This document shows positions 50,191-63,373 of a DNA stretch of 64,000 bases, piece by piece (position 1 is the first letter of the stretch; each line of letters starts with the position of its first letter). The DNA comes from Takakia lepidozioides. Its lineage: Eukaryota; Plantae; Bryophyta. The stretch lies in NCBI GenBank assembly GCA_030704615.1, contig CM060733.1:45198001-45262000 (forward strand). The letters are read 5' to 3'. The notes below the pieces were generated by a model. It was given only the letters and a program-made list of their open reading frames with translations, was not told the origin of the DNA and made no database searches. The translations under genes and the position numbers were made by a program.

Positions 50191-50562
50191 GCCCAGCCCC
50201 GTGAGCCTGGGAGCTGAGCTCACGTTGTAGCTGCAAAGCGTGAGCGGCACAAATTTGCTGGAGAAGCAGGTCCTATAGGTGAGGATTGCAAGAAGAGGGC
50301 CTATTACCGTGGACAAAACAAAGGGGGCCACCATGCACCATGTCTACAATGCCTGCACAAAAAGAGTAATATGAAAATATGGCAGAATAGAGCTCAGAAT
50401 GATTGACACACTCTATTTCAATTCACAGATAGACGCTTACAATGAATGGCATGTGCATTTGCCCTGGTTCCGTGAACGAAATGTATGTGTTTGTCCTAAA
50501 TGCAAAGTCTTCACACGGTAACCTTGAAACCAGTATGGGAAGTGGGCATGGCTCGTATGTGT

Positions 50563-53500
50563 TCAAAGAGAATTTGGCGGAGCCCTACGTGAGGTGTCCC
50601 GCTGCAGAAGGGTGATGACTTCTCCGTAGCCTAGTGTGGCTCGGTGAATGAATTGGTCTCTCTTACCGTCGCAACACATAATTACAAGGTATATGTAATA
50701 TTGATGCTTGCAGGGGACCCACTTCCCTCTCATGCCGAGAGCGCCCTCACACATCGTTACAAAATCCGGACAAGTGCAAGTAGGGAAATTCCCCACGGTA
50801 ACCTGATATTCTTTGCCATGAAGAACTGAGCCAATAGACAGCACTGTGTAAATCCGTCCATACCCCGGGGCAGGGACTTTGGTGATACGAGCCACCCGAG
50901 CCTGCAAAATTCTAGCCGATTCCATCTTGCATTCGTGATCTGCACCCGAAGCGACACGGCGCACTGTTTTTCCATCTCTTTTTGTTGGGTGGGAGTCGGC
51001 ACTGGGTGGAGGCATTGCCGGAGCTTGTGGCACATCTGTGCCGACAGTGCACAAGGGCACCACTCGGGATCGTGCAAGACAAAACCCTCCCTCCTCCAGC
51101 ATGCTTATCTCGGTTGTTGACAGCGACGTCCCAAGTTTCACAGGCCAAATTGCGGGGGGAGGGGGTTTCATTATCACCGAAGGACAAACTGTTCCCTTGA
51201 CGCATCGTGCCATATCGTTTGGGCAGAACCAGAACTTGTGGTCCTTTGACTCCCCACTATGATAAGGTCGGAACAACCCTGTGAATGTTGGAGCTGGAGT
51301 CCCCCTGGAGCCTTTGCATATTTTTGATTTGCATTTCTTGAAAGAGGGGGTCCGAATTGCCATGCAAGCAACTCTAGATCCTGGTGGGGTGCGTTCTATA
51401 TGCCACTCACTATCAATGCAATCAGATTCCTGCACCATGGCCACCACCTCCTCCAATGGGATTCCTGCTGCTGTGCTTGCATGTTCTGCACCTGCTCCAC
51501 AGGAGGAGGACCCACCTGGGAAGGGGCCGGCACAGGACTTAGTCTGCACTGGAGACACCTTTGGCACAGAGAAATTGACCCTGTCTGGGCGATGGGAATC
51601 TCCATCTGAACATGGAAGAGTGTTCAATTTCCTTTTGCATGATCCAAATCTTTCATCGCCTTCCAAATGAGGGAGCCTGGATTGCAATGGGGAGCCTTCA
51701 GTGCACCTGTTCAGAGCTTTGGCCATCTTGGATGGGTCTCTAGACCTACTCGCAGCCCTTAGCATCAACAAAGTCGAACCGGGGCCCTTGCCTCCACCCC
51801 GTCCCATCAGAAAATTGCGGTACCTGGTTTGTTGTGTGAGTGCCCGCACCATGTCATCAGCAGTGGCCACATACAAGTCACGACCTGCTTTGGTAGATTG
51901 CTGCATCCAGGCGTTATGAACAGTCTCCGCCAAATTACAGGATGGCATGTCGGCCAAGTCCTCCAAGGACATTTCCTGCACGAGGCATTGCATGGAAATG
52001 TGAGGAAGGAAAGGAAATGGAAGAGGTTCTTCAAGCGACAATCCAAGAACCCCAAATGAAGAGGCATGTTGCAAAATTTCTGATTTTGGGATTCGAGAGG
52101 CTTACCGTCGTCATGAAAGCTCCCCACTGTCTGTATCTGAAGTGCCAGAAAACCAACCAGTCCTCCAACTCCTTCAGGTGGATACCAGTAGCAGCACCAG
52201 AGGAGAACCACCAAGCCCGGATTGCTTGGTAAGTGCTCTTAGCTTCTCCCATTGATTTGGCATTTTTGTACTTGAGACAGAGCCTTCTGTGCTCCAACTG
52301 AAGGTCAGGGCGAATGCAGCGCTTTGTATGACGTGCCAGAGATTGACTCCAATGGAAGAGGCATGTGCGCTCCCTATTTTCCATTGGGACCTTAGGATCC
52401 CCCGAACCAAACACGCGCCGCACTGCATTGAAATTTGCCTGTGCACTATCAGCCATGAAGCCCGCAAAATTTGTCTTCTGTATTCCGTTGCGCTGCATGA
52501 CGGCCAGGAGCGAATTCCACATGAGCATCTGGGATTCAGTGTCCTCCGACTGCATATCACAAATTGCTATTGAGAGCACACATTGGTACGCTGGATCATA
52601 CACATGGCACGCCATGGTTGTCCAACCCTTCACCCGTTTGCAGTGATCAAACATCAACCAACATTTAGCCAAATCTCCTCCAGGTTGCATTCGGCGGACA
52701 ATGCTAACACCACTGCCTTCGCCCACTGCGGACATCTTGAACAAATAAACCTTGGATGAGCCCTGACCAGGGAAGATACTGTTTTGAATGAATTCATAGC
52801 GACTTCTCCGTTTGAGGTCCATAATGTTGTCCATGAATCCAGCATTGCCTGTGCCGACTCTGAGTGCATTCACCTGGTTTCGAATATTGGGAGAGCTCAA
52901 CACGGAGAAATGGTCCATCACTGCATCAAGCGTCAAATCCCCTTCACCCAATATGTGTTTTTCCAGGAAAGCCTTGCTAGCTGCAAGCACTATAGCAGAA
53001 GGTGTTGCAGAAGGGGCATTGTGGAACTCCTGCTTCAGCAGATTTCTAGCGATGTCCACGCTATCCCTGCAACTTCCTTTGGACACAGGATGCTCGTGTG
53101 CACCCATATGAATGCAGGCACGAGTCATTGTTTTGCACCGGTGTGCCACCTGGTACATACGAGCGTGGCACACAGAAACACAGGACGGGGAAAGTTTGCA
53201 GAACCTGCACACAAAAGTATTGGTCTTGGGAGGGGCAAGTCCTGGGGTGAAAGGATTCAAGGGCACACCTTCCCACTCACTCTCGTTTGGTTGAGCGCTG
53301 TTTCTCAGGCGAGGGCAAGATATATTCAGGCACTTGCAATGCCCAACGCAAACCGACCTTCGAAATTTCAATCCAATGTCGTTGTGGATGTTTGACGTTT
53401 TTGTCCTGTACCAAGGGTGTCCGTCATGTTTCTTGTCCATGCCATGCAGAAGCCCAACCAGGAAGACGTGGGAGGGTTGAGCTCAAACAAGATGTCCCCA

Positions 53501-54079
53501 TCAAACTCTGCTGGCACGTATTGAACCCGCTGCACACGAAGGGACTCCCAATCAACAAAACGCAGCTCGCTCTTGCACCCAGGCACCCCTGCGAGGGCTT
53601 TCAATTTTGGAATGACACTCGTTATCTCTTGCAATTCGGATTCATCCAAGAATGGAGTGTGCACTGGCGGAGGAATCTTAGAAACATCCTCCAAGGACGA
53701 GTCTGAAAGAGTCACGAATGTAGTGGATGTGCTCACCTCTTTTTTCACATGAACTGTGCCCTTCTGCTGCACGACCGATGCTGCAGTTCCAGGGGTAATG
53801 ACTGATCCTGCTGATTGTCTTCTCTCTTTTCCAAGGACACGGTCTCCACTTCCTTCCACACTCGCCAACCAATGGTTTCTCCAAATGTCCAGAATCCAAA
53901 TTCCCATCCTCGTCATACACCTCCTTTTGAACAAGCAGAGAACCCAATTCCAGTGGGAACACTGTAACCAGCTCATCCTCATGAACAACTTCAAACCCAT
54001 CGTCGTCTGCAGTGGCAGTCTGTGGAAGACTACCTGCATTGGAATGAAATCGTGCTAGTCTATCTCTGTCCTTGGACAT
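50563..54079 (-). pseudogene. MULE transposase with GCM-like N-terminal zinc domain and C-terminal SWIM finger
   Basis: DGHPW...CVGHCKC...C..C...GAHEHP; LMFDH, FMADSAQA, CLFHW, CNLAETVH (D,D,CxxH,E); CTCPDF...PCKH SWIM; intron 52105-51976; frameshifts near 53440 and ~53830. Confidence 0.88.
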
Positions 54080-54909
54080 GTTTTCCTACGCTGACCAAAA
54101 CTTTCGATTCACAACGGAATCCCCGATTTGATAGCCCGCAATTCTGGAAAGGGGATCCACCACAAAAAAATTGAGGTCAACAAGGGTAGCAGTAACCCAA
54201 AGGCTGCGGTCGATGCATCAGAAGGATGCAAGAATGACATGCACTGAACTTCGGAGATAACCACGCTGAGAGACACCAACCAGAAAAACTGTTTTCAAAT
54301 AAAGAAGGCCACAAGAAGCCGTGCTGTTTTTGGATGAAAAACAAACCCTGAACATGACATGAAACCATCCTTTATGGAAAGACGGCAACAACCCTGGAGA
54401 GCAGTAAACATGAAGACCCCGAATGTAATGAGGTCGTGTCGTGCCAGAAGAGCACAGCACAAACACTGACACTCCAAGAGTCACCTCGCACGGATGTGTG
54501 CAACACAAGATCATTTCCGACACAACCCTTTATACCGAATGACCCCATGGCGACGATGACGGCAAAATGCAAAGCACAGGGCAGGCAGTACGAAACACGT
54601 GGATGCATATGTGAAGCACAACATTTATGGGGAATCTGCAAGAACTACTCCAAATTGAACTAGCATTAGATTTCTGCGGCACTTCCGAATTTGAAACCAT
54701 TCCAGAAGGCCGCCATATATTGGCAGGCGGCGAAGTACATCTGACATATATCACAAGTACATGCAACGTATGCACATATTTTCTGGCACTTTATTTCTTG
54801 AATAATACAAAGACGCCGAAATGGATGAATTCCGTTCGCACACAATAACAACACCCGCATCCAAATACGGTTGACAATGTCCTATTTTGATTTTGGTTAC
54901 ATGCAATAG

Positions 54910-57900
54910 CAACCCTTGTTGCAAACGTCAAACTGGAGAGCTCTAGAGGCATCGTGGGGAGCCCTTGTTTCCAGCGGAGGAGGAAGAGAAGGAAATCATT
55001 GTACTTCACGAGCTCTAGAAACAGGAATAGAGCCAGATATAAAATGAGGATGGAAAGAGTGGCCGAAGAGGAAAAGGCAGAAGAAGAGGGCAAAGAGACA
55101 AGTTCGGCGATGGAAGAGCAGGAATCCGGGGAAGACCAGCAGCCTGCCATAGTTCCAAGAACAGATGAGGAGGACACTGCATCCGAGGGAGAGGCAGACG
55201 CCGAAGATGATGTTGACGCTGGCCTCACGAAGAACCTAATAGTGGAAGAGAGGATGGGGGAGATGCTCCAGAACACGAAAGGCGTGGAGAGCAGTCCGAA
55301 GCGCAAAGGGTCCCCGGCGATTGGGGAGTCTTCTGGAGCAGCCAAAAAAAAGGTTCAATCTTTGGAACCCATCTTTGTGCTTCATTGCTGATGTGAACCC
55401 AAGTTGAGATTCTATGTCGATATGAACATAGACTGCACACGGCATCTCTGCAGGTTGCATCAACCGCGAACAAGAAGCTCAAAAAGTGTAGCCAAAACGG
55501 CCAAATTGGGCAGTCTTTGAGCACACCTTGTCTTTGTTTTTCATCTGTGAAATTCGGCAATACAGGGAATGTCTCGGAGGTTCAATCATCACTTACATGG
55601 CAGCTCAAACAGTGTGCGTCAACGCACACTGTTTGAGCTGCCATGTCATTGCACTTGTCATCTGAAAATTGGCCACATAGGGTTTGAATTTGAGGTTGAA
55701 TCATCACTATCCTGGCAGCTCAAACAGTGTGCGTTGGCGCACACTGTTTGAGCTGCCCTTATCATTGCCTTTTTCATTTGAGAATGGGCCACATAGGGCA
55801 TGTCTCTGAGGACCGATGAACACTTATCTGGCAGCTCAAACAGTGTGCGTTGCCGCACACTGTTTGAGCACACCTTGTGTTTTTTTTCCCCTGTGAAATT
55901 CGGCGATACAGGGCATGTCTCAGAGGTTCAATCATCACTTACATGGCAGCTCAAACAGTGTGCGTCAACGCACACTGTTGGAGCTGCCATGTCATTGCAC
56001 TTGTCATCTGGAAATTGGCCACATAGGGTTTGAATTTGAGGTTGAATCATCACTATCCTGGCAGCTCAAACAGTGTGCGTTGGCGCACACTGTTTGAGCT
56101 GCCCTTATCATTGCCTTTTTCATTTGAGAATGGGCCACATAGGGCATGTCTCTGAGGACCGATGAACACTTATCTGGCAGCTCAAACAGTGTGCGTTGCC
56201 GCACACTGTTTGAGCACACCTTATGTTTTTTTTTCCCCTGTGAAATTCGGCAATACAGGGCATGTCTCGGAGGTTCAATCATCACTTACATGGCAGCTCA
56301 AACAGTGTGCGTCAACGCACACTGTTTGAGCTGCCATGTCATTGCACTTGTCATCTGAAAATTGGCCACATAGGGTTTGAATTAGTGGTTGAATCATCAC
56401 TATCCTGGCAGCTCAAACAGTGTGCGTTGGCGCACACTGTTTGAGCTACCCTTATCATTGCCTTTTTCATTTGAGAATGGGCCACATAGGGCATGTCTCT
56501 GAGGACCGATAAACACTTATCTGGCAGCTCAAACAGTGTTCTTTCAACACTTACGGTTCAATGAACACTTACCTTGCACCTCAAACAGTGTGCGTCAACG
56601 CACACTGTTTGAGCTCACCTTTTCTACCACAGATGGCCTGTTTGCCATGCTCAAACACCCTCGTCTAATGCCTCACTCTTATGTCAATTTGAATGGATAA
56701 CCCTGCAGGAGAAGATGCAAAGTGTGGCGGAGGAGATCCCTTCGGGGCTGGGGAAGGATATCATTGTTGATGTTGACGATGAGTTCTATGAAAGCAAAGC
56801 GCTGGGGGGTCAGAAGGTAAACTCTCAGCTTGTGGTGCAAAGTATGCTTGCCCCGGGTGGGAGGTTGAAGATTCCCCTGTGTAGGATGGTTTCCATGCTC
56901 GTCGTTCGACCACCCCTCATCAAGGACATTCTCAAGCAAGAGGCCGAGTTTGTCCATGGGTATTTGGATGGATCCGCAGTGTTTTACGTTTGTACAAAGG
57001 ATTCCACAGGTAATGAGCTCCTTGTGGATGAGTCAATCGTGGACTCCTGGGATCCTATTTGGAGACAGGTGAACGAATCCTTCGAACTTCTTCTCTCCAG
57101 GAAACCTTCCACCCAGGCATTCTCGGGGAAGATGTTTCACGTTTGGGATGGGAACCACCGATTGCTTGCATGGATGGCTGTTATTGGGAGGCTGCACTCA
57201 CAGGAGGAAGAGTGGCATTACTCTGTTCGATCGATGGTGCTGGATTGTGAGGGGAACATGATGGGTCTTCTGACGGCAATGAATGATGTGAACAGGTTGG
57301 TTTCTCATTCTACCTGTTCCACTTGCAGTTCCTTGGTTCTTTGATTAAAGTCCTTGAATTTCATTCTGACTTTCAGATATCATTCTGCAGAGGAACGGAG
57401 ACATCGCATGTCAAAACGAGTCTGGTTCACACACTGTATAGGATACAAAGGATCGGGCAGATGCCCTTGACCAACTTCAAGACCATCCTTTCAGCGGAGA
57501 CGTACAAGAAGTGCGAAAGCTCCAAGACATCGGAAACGTGGTACTCGTTGACACGCGAGGCTGGAGTACATGTACACGGTGAGATACATCTTCTTTCATC
57601 TGCCCTTTCCATATTCCTGCTTCCACATGTTTGTTTCTGTTTGTTTCCCTTGCCCTTCGGTTCATGCAACTCTCGTGCATTCCCTTGCAGCAAGACATTG
57701 CAGATGCAGGGGAGCGTGGCAAACTGGAATACTACAGGTCAACCCCTGAGGAGAGAAGGACAGCAAAGGGGGTTGAGACTCACATCCAAAAAGAGATGAC
57801 CGCTACAAGAAGGACTATAATGAGTGCTTTTGTGAAGCAGCTGAGAATTGCCGACCCATCATTCGGAGCGCAGTTTCTCTTGGAGATAAAAAAAACCATT

Positions 57901-59403
57901 ATAACAAGCCGGGCAAGCCAGAGATGGCCCAGGAGAAGTTACACAGGTTGTCTACCGCCGTTGTGTCTTCAGAACAGAAGGTGAAGTGGCTACAGATATG
58001 GAACTCCGATCCCACAGTTAGGGATACACACATGTTCCCCAGGCCGGAGAAAGAGAAGAAGACCCAGCGTGTCATTCCAGTCAGTGACAATGTGCTGGAC
58101 ACATGGCTTCACAAGGCCACTTACTGGAGCCAGGTGTGATGTCCTTTCCTGTGTCACTTTCTTTTCTCTTTTCCTGTCCTTCTCTTTCCATTGCCTCTGA
58201 CATTCGCAATGATTTTTTTGGGTTCATTCTTGCATTTGAATTGTTTTGCAGTTGGAGGAAAGCATACATGAGGAAATGGAGAGCCATAGTGTGGCACTCT
58301 TGTTTCTTTAGAGAGTTCAGCAAGGAGGGTGGCATCAGTCGAACACATGACCTTGACCAGCAAGAAAAAGGAGAGGAAGCCTGGAAACGATGCCTTTACA
58401 GGTGCACTCCCTGGGCAGTTCAGTTTACTTAGTGTCATGTGGTTGCAATGTACTGTGACGCATACAGTTTAAGGGGAATGTGATGGAAAAACTGAGAGAC
58501 AATAATTGCATTGCATAATGAGGCTGTCTTTGTTCCTGCAGGTACATAAAGTTTGTTCTCATGGAAGAGAATTGAGCAACGTCTGCTAGCGAAGGGGGAA
58601 TGGGGTTCCTTGGAGAGGGGCGAGGGAGAGGAGCCCGGCTTTCATTCAAACGATTGTGGAGTGTTGCACCTACACAGACGCCAGAGTTCTGGATTTGTCA
58701 ATGGGCACAGGTTCGTCTCTTCAACATTCGGATTTCATGAGGTTTGATTGAGTTTGCACTTTCAGTACTTCCCACCATTCCATATGTGTCTTCAATGTCT
58801 GCTTCCTTCATTCTATTCCACTGCAGGTGCTTCGTACCACGCTTGCAAGGCCAGTGCCCGACATCTCTTTGGGATTGAAGGGGATGCTGAGATTTACAAC
58901 AACCTCCTTATGGGTTTGGGTGGACACACTTCTCAAGTCCTTCCGAAGCCCCGTCCCGCTGATATTGATACAAAGGAGACTTCCGACAAGGAGCTGGACT
59001 CCGACTTTGCCTGTGAGTAAGTTCAACCTGTGCATGCTGGCATTGTTGTTTCAATATCGAGAATCACTCTTCTTGAGGCAAAGTTCACATGGCAGACATC
59101 CTCTTCGTTGGACTTGTGTATTGCATATTGTGTTCTGAATGGGTTTTTGTCGACATGTGCAGGAGTCCGCGTGCTTCCACTTGCCCTCCAGGGCTATCAC
59201 ACCTGTTTGGACTTCTTTCCAGTCCTCCTCGGTCTTGCGTGCTACCTGTCTATGCGGAGGCACTCGCAACAAGCATGACCGTTCATGGCACTCGGAGTCC
59301 ACCCATCCACGGCCGTGGTAGAAGACGTGGTGTTGGGGCCAGAATCTTTGTGGATGACATAGCACAGGAGGTTGAGACTGATTCTGATGACTGTGACACT
59401 TGA
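54910..59403 (+). CDS. Multi-exon transposon accessory gene with ParB/Srx-like (WDGNHR) domain, copy A (likely decayed)
   Basis: Approximate exons 54910-55352, 56709-57295, 57391-57578, 57691-58133 and further downstream; IPLCRM..VVRPP..EFVHGY...FYV...FHVWDGNHRLLAW; intron positions shared with copy B; frameshifts in later exons. Confidence 0.75.
55516..56660. repeat. Array of ~115-bp units, each with a ~44-bp palindrome GGCAGCTCAAACAGTGTGCG-NNNN-CGCACACTGTTTGAGCTGCC; 346-347-bp trimeric higher-order repeat
   Basis: Palindromes at ~55599, 55714, 55830, 55945, 56060, 56176, 56292, 56407, 56579, plus half sites at ~55516, 56523, 56650; loops cycle TCAA/TTGG/TTGC. Confidence 0.97.
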
Positions 59404-60110
59404 TATGAAGTTTTCTTTTCGTTTTATTCGGGGCCAAATTTGAAATAGGATGGTTGTGTGTCCTTGTTGTCCTGTTTGCAATGTGTGCGTGGAATGCACA
59501 TTAATGGGAACAAACTATTGTTGGAGATGGGGGTTGCATGGACTGCCCGGATTGTTCCTTCAATCTATTTAGTGTTCTCTGGACCTCACAGACTTGAGTG
59601 CATTGCAAATACAAACAAACGACTTTGGTTCGTGTAGAGCATTCTCGCATCAGTTGCTCGTTGGTCTCCAAACCATTCCTGCTAGAAGAATGGTTGGTGA
59701 ATCCATCACGGTGAAGTCCACCTCATCAAAGAGTTGTGAGGCATTCTCAAATCTAATGAGCATCCATGATGCTCCCGCACATACCTGGCATGTTCGCAAG
59801 GGTGGTGAGTAAGAAAAGATTTCGCAGGGTTCCGCTTTAGATCATGTCAGTGTGCACCTCCTCACGACGTACCCACATAAACTTGTGAGGGCTTGGTATG
59901 TTGATAACGTCTGCATGGATGCAATGGATACAATGGATGTAACATATCCACTCTGCATTCCCGGGAAATGGCTGATCAACCCGCGGAAATAGGTGACACC
60001 CGCGGAAATAGGCCCTGTATGTATGCTGACGTGGCGTGAGCCTGTGCTGGGCTCACGGTTTCCTAGGCTCATAGGCTCACGCCTCCGGGCTCACAGAATA
60101 GCACCCCCCC

Positions 60111-62620
60111 TTGCCATAGTGAGATTTGATCTGCTGAAGGAACTCAACACCAAGTCCAGGATCTACTATTCTAAGCTGCTTTCCGAAGGCGGACATCAGT
60201 TTGATTTTGCGCATTTCAAACTCCTTCTTTATTGTTGCTTCCACACCCTTTGATGTCCTAAGTTCCTCTGGTGTTGTGCGGTAATATTCGGATTTTCCCT
60301 TCTTAGCTGCCTCTGCCAGTTCTTGCTGCATTGATTAAAATAAGGATTAGTACCGAACGAAATACAAACATGTATTCAGAAAGTCAACTGAGTAGAGGCT
60401 CAGGTTTACCGCATCCATGTACTCCAGAAACGCCTCTCGAGTCAAAGAATATCAAGTGCCTGCAACTCTTCCTGTTTCGCACTTCTTGATTATATTGGGG
60501 TGGAGTACTGTGCGAAAATCATCCAGCTTCATGAGACCAATCCTCTGAATTCGGAACAGTGTGTGACCAAGCTTGTTGTCACATGCGATTTCTCTGTCGA
60601 TATGCAAAAACATTGGAAACAATGCATTCGTTAACAATGTTTTTTTAGGGATTAACTAGACACTGCAGAGGGATTGGAGTCTCTAGGATGACTTACTTGT
60701 TCACGTCGTGCATAGCTGTAAGAAGCCTAGCGATGTCGTTCCGAGGATCCAAAACCATTGCCTCCACAGCAACATGCTTGTCTTTGTCTTTCGCACGATG
60801 TTTCTGAATGTATCCCATCCATGCCAGCAATCGGTGGTTGCCGTCCCAGACGTAGAACATGCGGTTGCAGAATTGTTGGGTGTTCTTTCCCATCATGAGG
60901 CCCAGCTCAAACTCCTCATGAGCATCCTTCCAACACTCATCCCAGGTATCTCTGATCTCAGGAGACATTACTGTGCTTTTCCCATTTGTATCCGTCAGTG
61001 ACACATAAAAAACTTGTGCACCAAGTCTATATCCATGCACGAAATCACTCTCCAATTTTGTTATGTCATGGGAAAGAGGTGGGCGCACAACAGGCATAGA
61101 TATCATCCGGCATAGTGGGATGTCCAGACGCCCTCCCGAGACGAGCATGTCCCTTATAACCTCCTGAGAGTTTACCTTCTGGAATGACATGAGTTCTTTC
61201 ACCTTGTCAAGGTAGTGCACTTCAGATTCATCTGCTCCATCGCTATTCTCAGAGCTTTTGCCAGACTCGTCCCCATCTCCAGATCCTTTTCCCTCTGTTC
61301 CTGTATGCTTGACTTCACAGTTTTCTGCACGATGCCATTCAAATCTAACTGTGAGTAATGTGCAAATAGTGAACTGCGGTAACGACCATCACTCTGTCTC
61401 GTCTCAACTCACAATGAATGGTGTCAAACAAATTCAGAACCATCTACACAAGCAAAGCTGATCCAAATGAATGCAAAACAAAACACTATGATTCTATGGA
61501 AACATGAGCAGAAAGGTTTTGGGCATTAGCAAACGACGTTAACGACAATCACAAAACAGTGGGACCTGTCGGATCGGTATGGTGCAATGACATATATGTC
61601 TAAGTGATTGGCGGCAACGACACTCAGTATAATTTAGGACAGACAGTAAGTGCAGATAATTCACATAGACTCCATTGTGATCAACGTCGCAAGCAATCAC
61701 TGGTTCTTGTCTATGTCGAGAGTACATTCCAATCGATACTCTACCTGAACCTACAGTATGGTCTCAAAATCTTTGATTGGCGGTACCGCCTTTCCACTTC
61801 TCTATCTGTTCAACCTCAAACAAAGAAAATGCATTGCAAAACAATATGACTGAATATGCCGACCCTCACTCTCTCTTCAAGCAGATAGTTACATAAATCT
61901 CATGAGGAGAATCGAATGGCGTTAACGATGCTCGCACTTCAATAGACTTCAATCAGTGGTTCCTGCTAAAGAAAAGAAGATGAAGGACTGCTTCAAAAGC
62001 AATCAGACAGACTGTATGATCTGAACAACAGTGAATGACGATACCGCCAGTCACCCACTCATGGTGTGGAAAACCCTTAACAGAGGAGTAAAAGCAAATC
62101 ACCATTGTTTCATGGTGATGGTCGGTAGCGACAATCCCTTTCTAGGACATTGCACTCAATCTCTTAGCAGATCTTCAACCATGAAATGGAAGGTAGAGAA
62201 CACTTACGGGCGCCTTCTTGGGTTTTGAAATTGGATCCCCTTCTGCAGCTTTCCTCTTCCCTCTCACATCTGCTGGATTTTTTGTCTGCTCTAGGGTTTG
62301 GGGACCTTCTCCCGGTTCAACGTTCCCCGGACTTCCACCTCCTTCAATCTCCCTGCAAATTATCTCGGCATCCACGGGCTTGTTTCCAACGCTCACTGTT
62401 ATCGCCGACTGTTTCACTCCCGCAGCCTCATTGTCGGTCTGCTCTTGTGATTCACTCTCCGCGTTCACCTGCTGTCTTGGCCCTGTGTTCTCCAACAAAC
62501 GACGCCTTGTCATTTGCTCCCTTGCTCTGCGTCTCTCTCTAAGGGATGTAAAATAAAGAGACTTCCTTCTCTTTCGTATTGTAGAAGGAACCCTCTCCAG
62601 CTTGACTACCACTCTCCCTC
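60111..62620 (-). pseudogene. ParB-like accessory gene, copy B (3'-truncated)
   Basis: RKRRKSLYFTS exon (62620-62207), IPLCRMISMPVVRPP...YVWDGNHRLLAW exon (ends 60697), HTLFRIQRIG exon, YYRTTPEE exon; all homologous to copy A. Confidence 0.85.
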
Positions 62621-63373
62621 TAAGTGCGAAAACTAGAAAGACAAAGCGACTCTCAATTTCTTACGGGATTGCGTGCGTTGTGGATTGTCTTTAGAAGCAT
62701 CAGATTCCCTCTCGCGTGACCGTTACACATAGTCGTTCCCTTATTGGTGCACCTACCTGCAATTAGTGTACAGCTGTTCGTATTCAATATAGATATCGAT
62801 GTCTAACGTGTATCTCCCAAAATAAACGGCGCGTTGTTTATTAGAACGGTTTCAATAAATTAAAATAACAGAGAATCTCATATATCTTAGCGCACAATCT
62901 TAGACAAATATATGTAAATGAACGAGTGTTTGATAACAATTTTTTTGATATCATACACATTCATCCTTGTTAGCCAACCCCACGTTCGTTTCACAGTTTG
63001 AACTTTCCAAGTGCGCATATCATTGGTAGTACTATAAAGATGCATTTACTTAATCTGCTATCCCACCCTCAGATCCTGTGGCATGCTTCCAGGAAGTTGG
63101 CTTGTTGTTGTGTTTATTGATGAGGTTCTGATTAAAGGTTTAACAGCTGCCAACATTGCTCCTAGGGATGCTCTGACCACAGGGCCCACATAAAAAGTAA
63201 TTAAAATGGACGGCTGCATGTCTGGAAGGAATAACAGAATATGCACAGTCGTCGTGTGAGCTTCCTCCGCGATATTCTCTGCTCATTCTTCAACAATGTT
63301 CTTGAGACCTCAGTCAACAGATTTACAATGAAGGTCTACGATAGCAAGGCATCTACGTACGTGAGGAGGGAAG

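Larger units (their letters stand above)
50184..60110. mobile_element. Mutator-like DNA transposon copy A (transposase plus divergent ParB-like gene plus palindrome array)
   Basis: MULE transposase on minus, second gene on plus; GTGAGCC motif clusters in opposite orientation at 50184-50246 and 60030-60095; boundaries inferred, no TSD found. Confidence 0.7.

Noticed and set aside
55569-56444. Repeated 60-93 aa ORFs (SSNSVRQRTLFEL...)
   Set aside because: Translations of the palindromic repeat on both strands.
55516-56660. CRISPR array
   Set aside because: Linkers are related to each other and recur every third unit rather than being unique spacers; no cas genes; eukaryotic intron.
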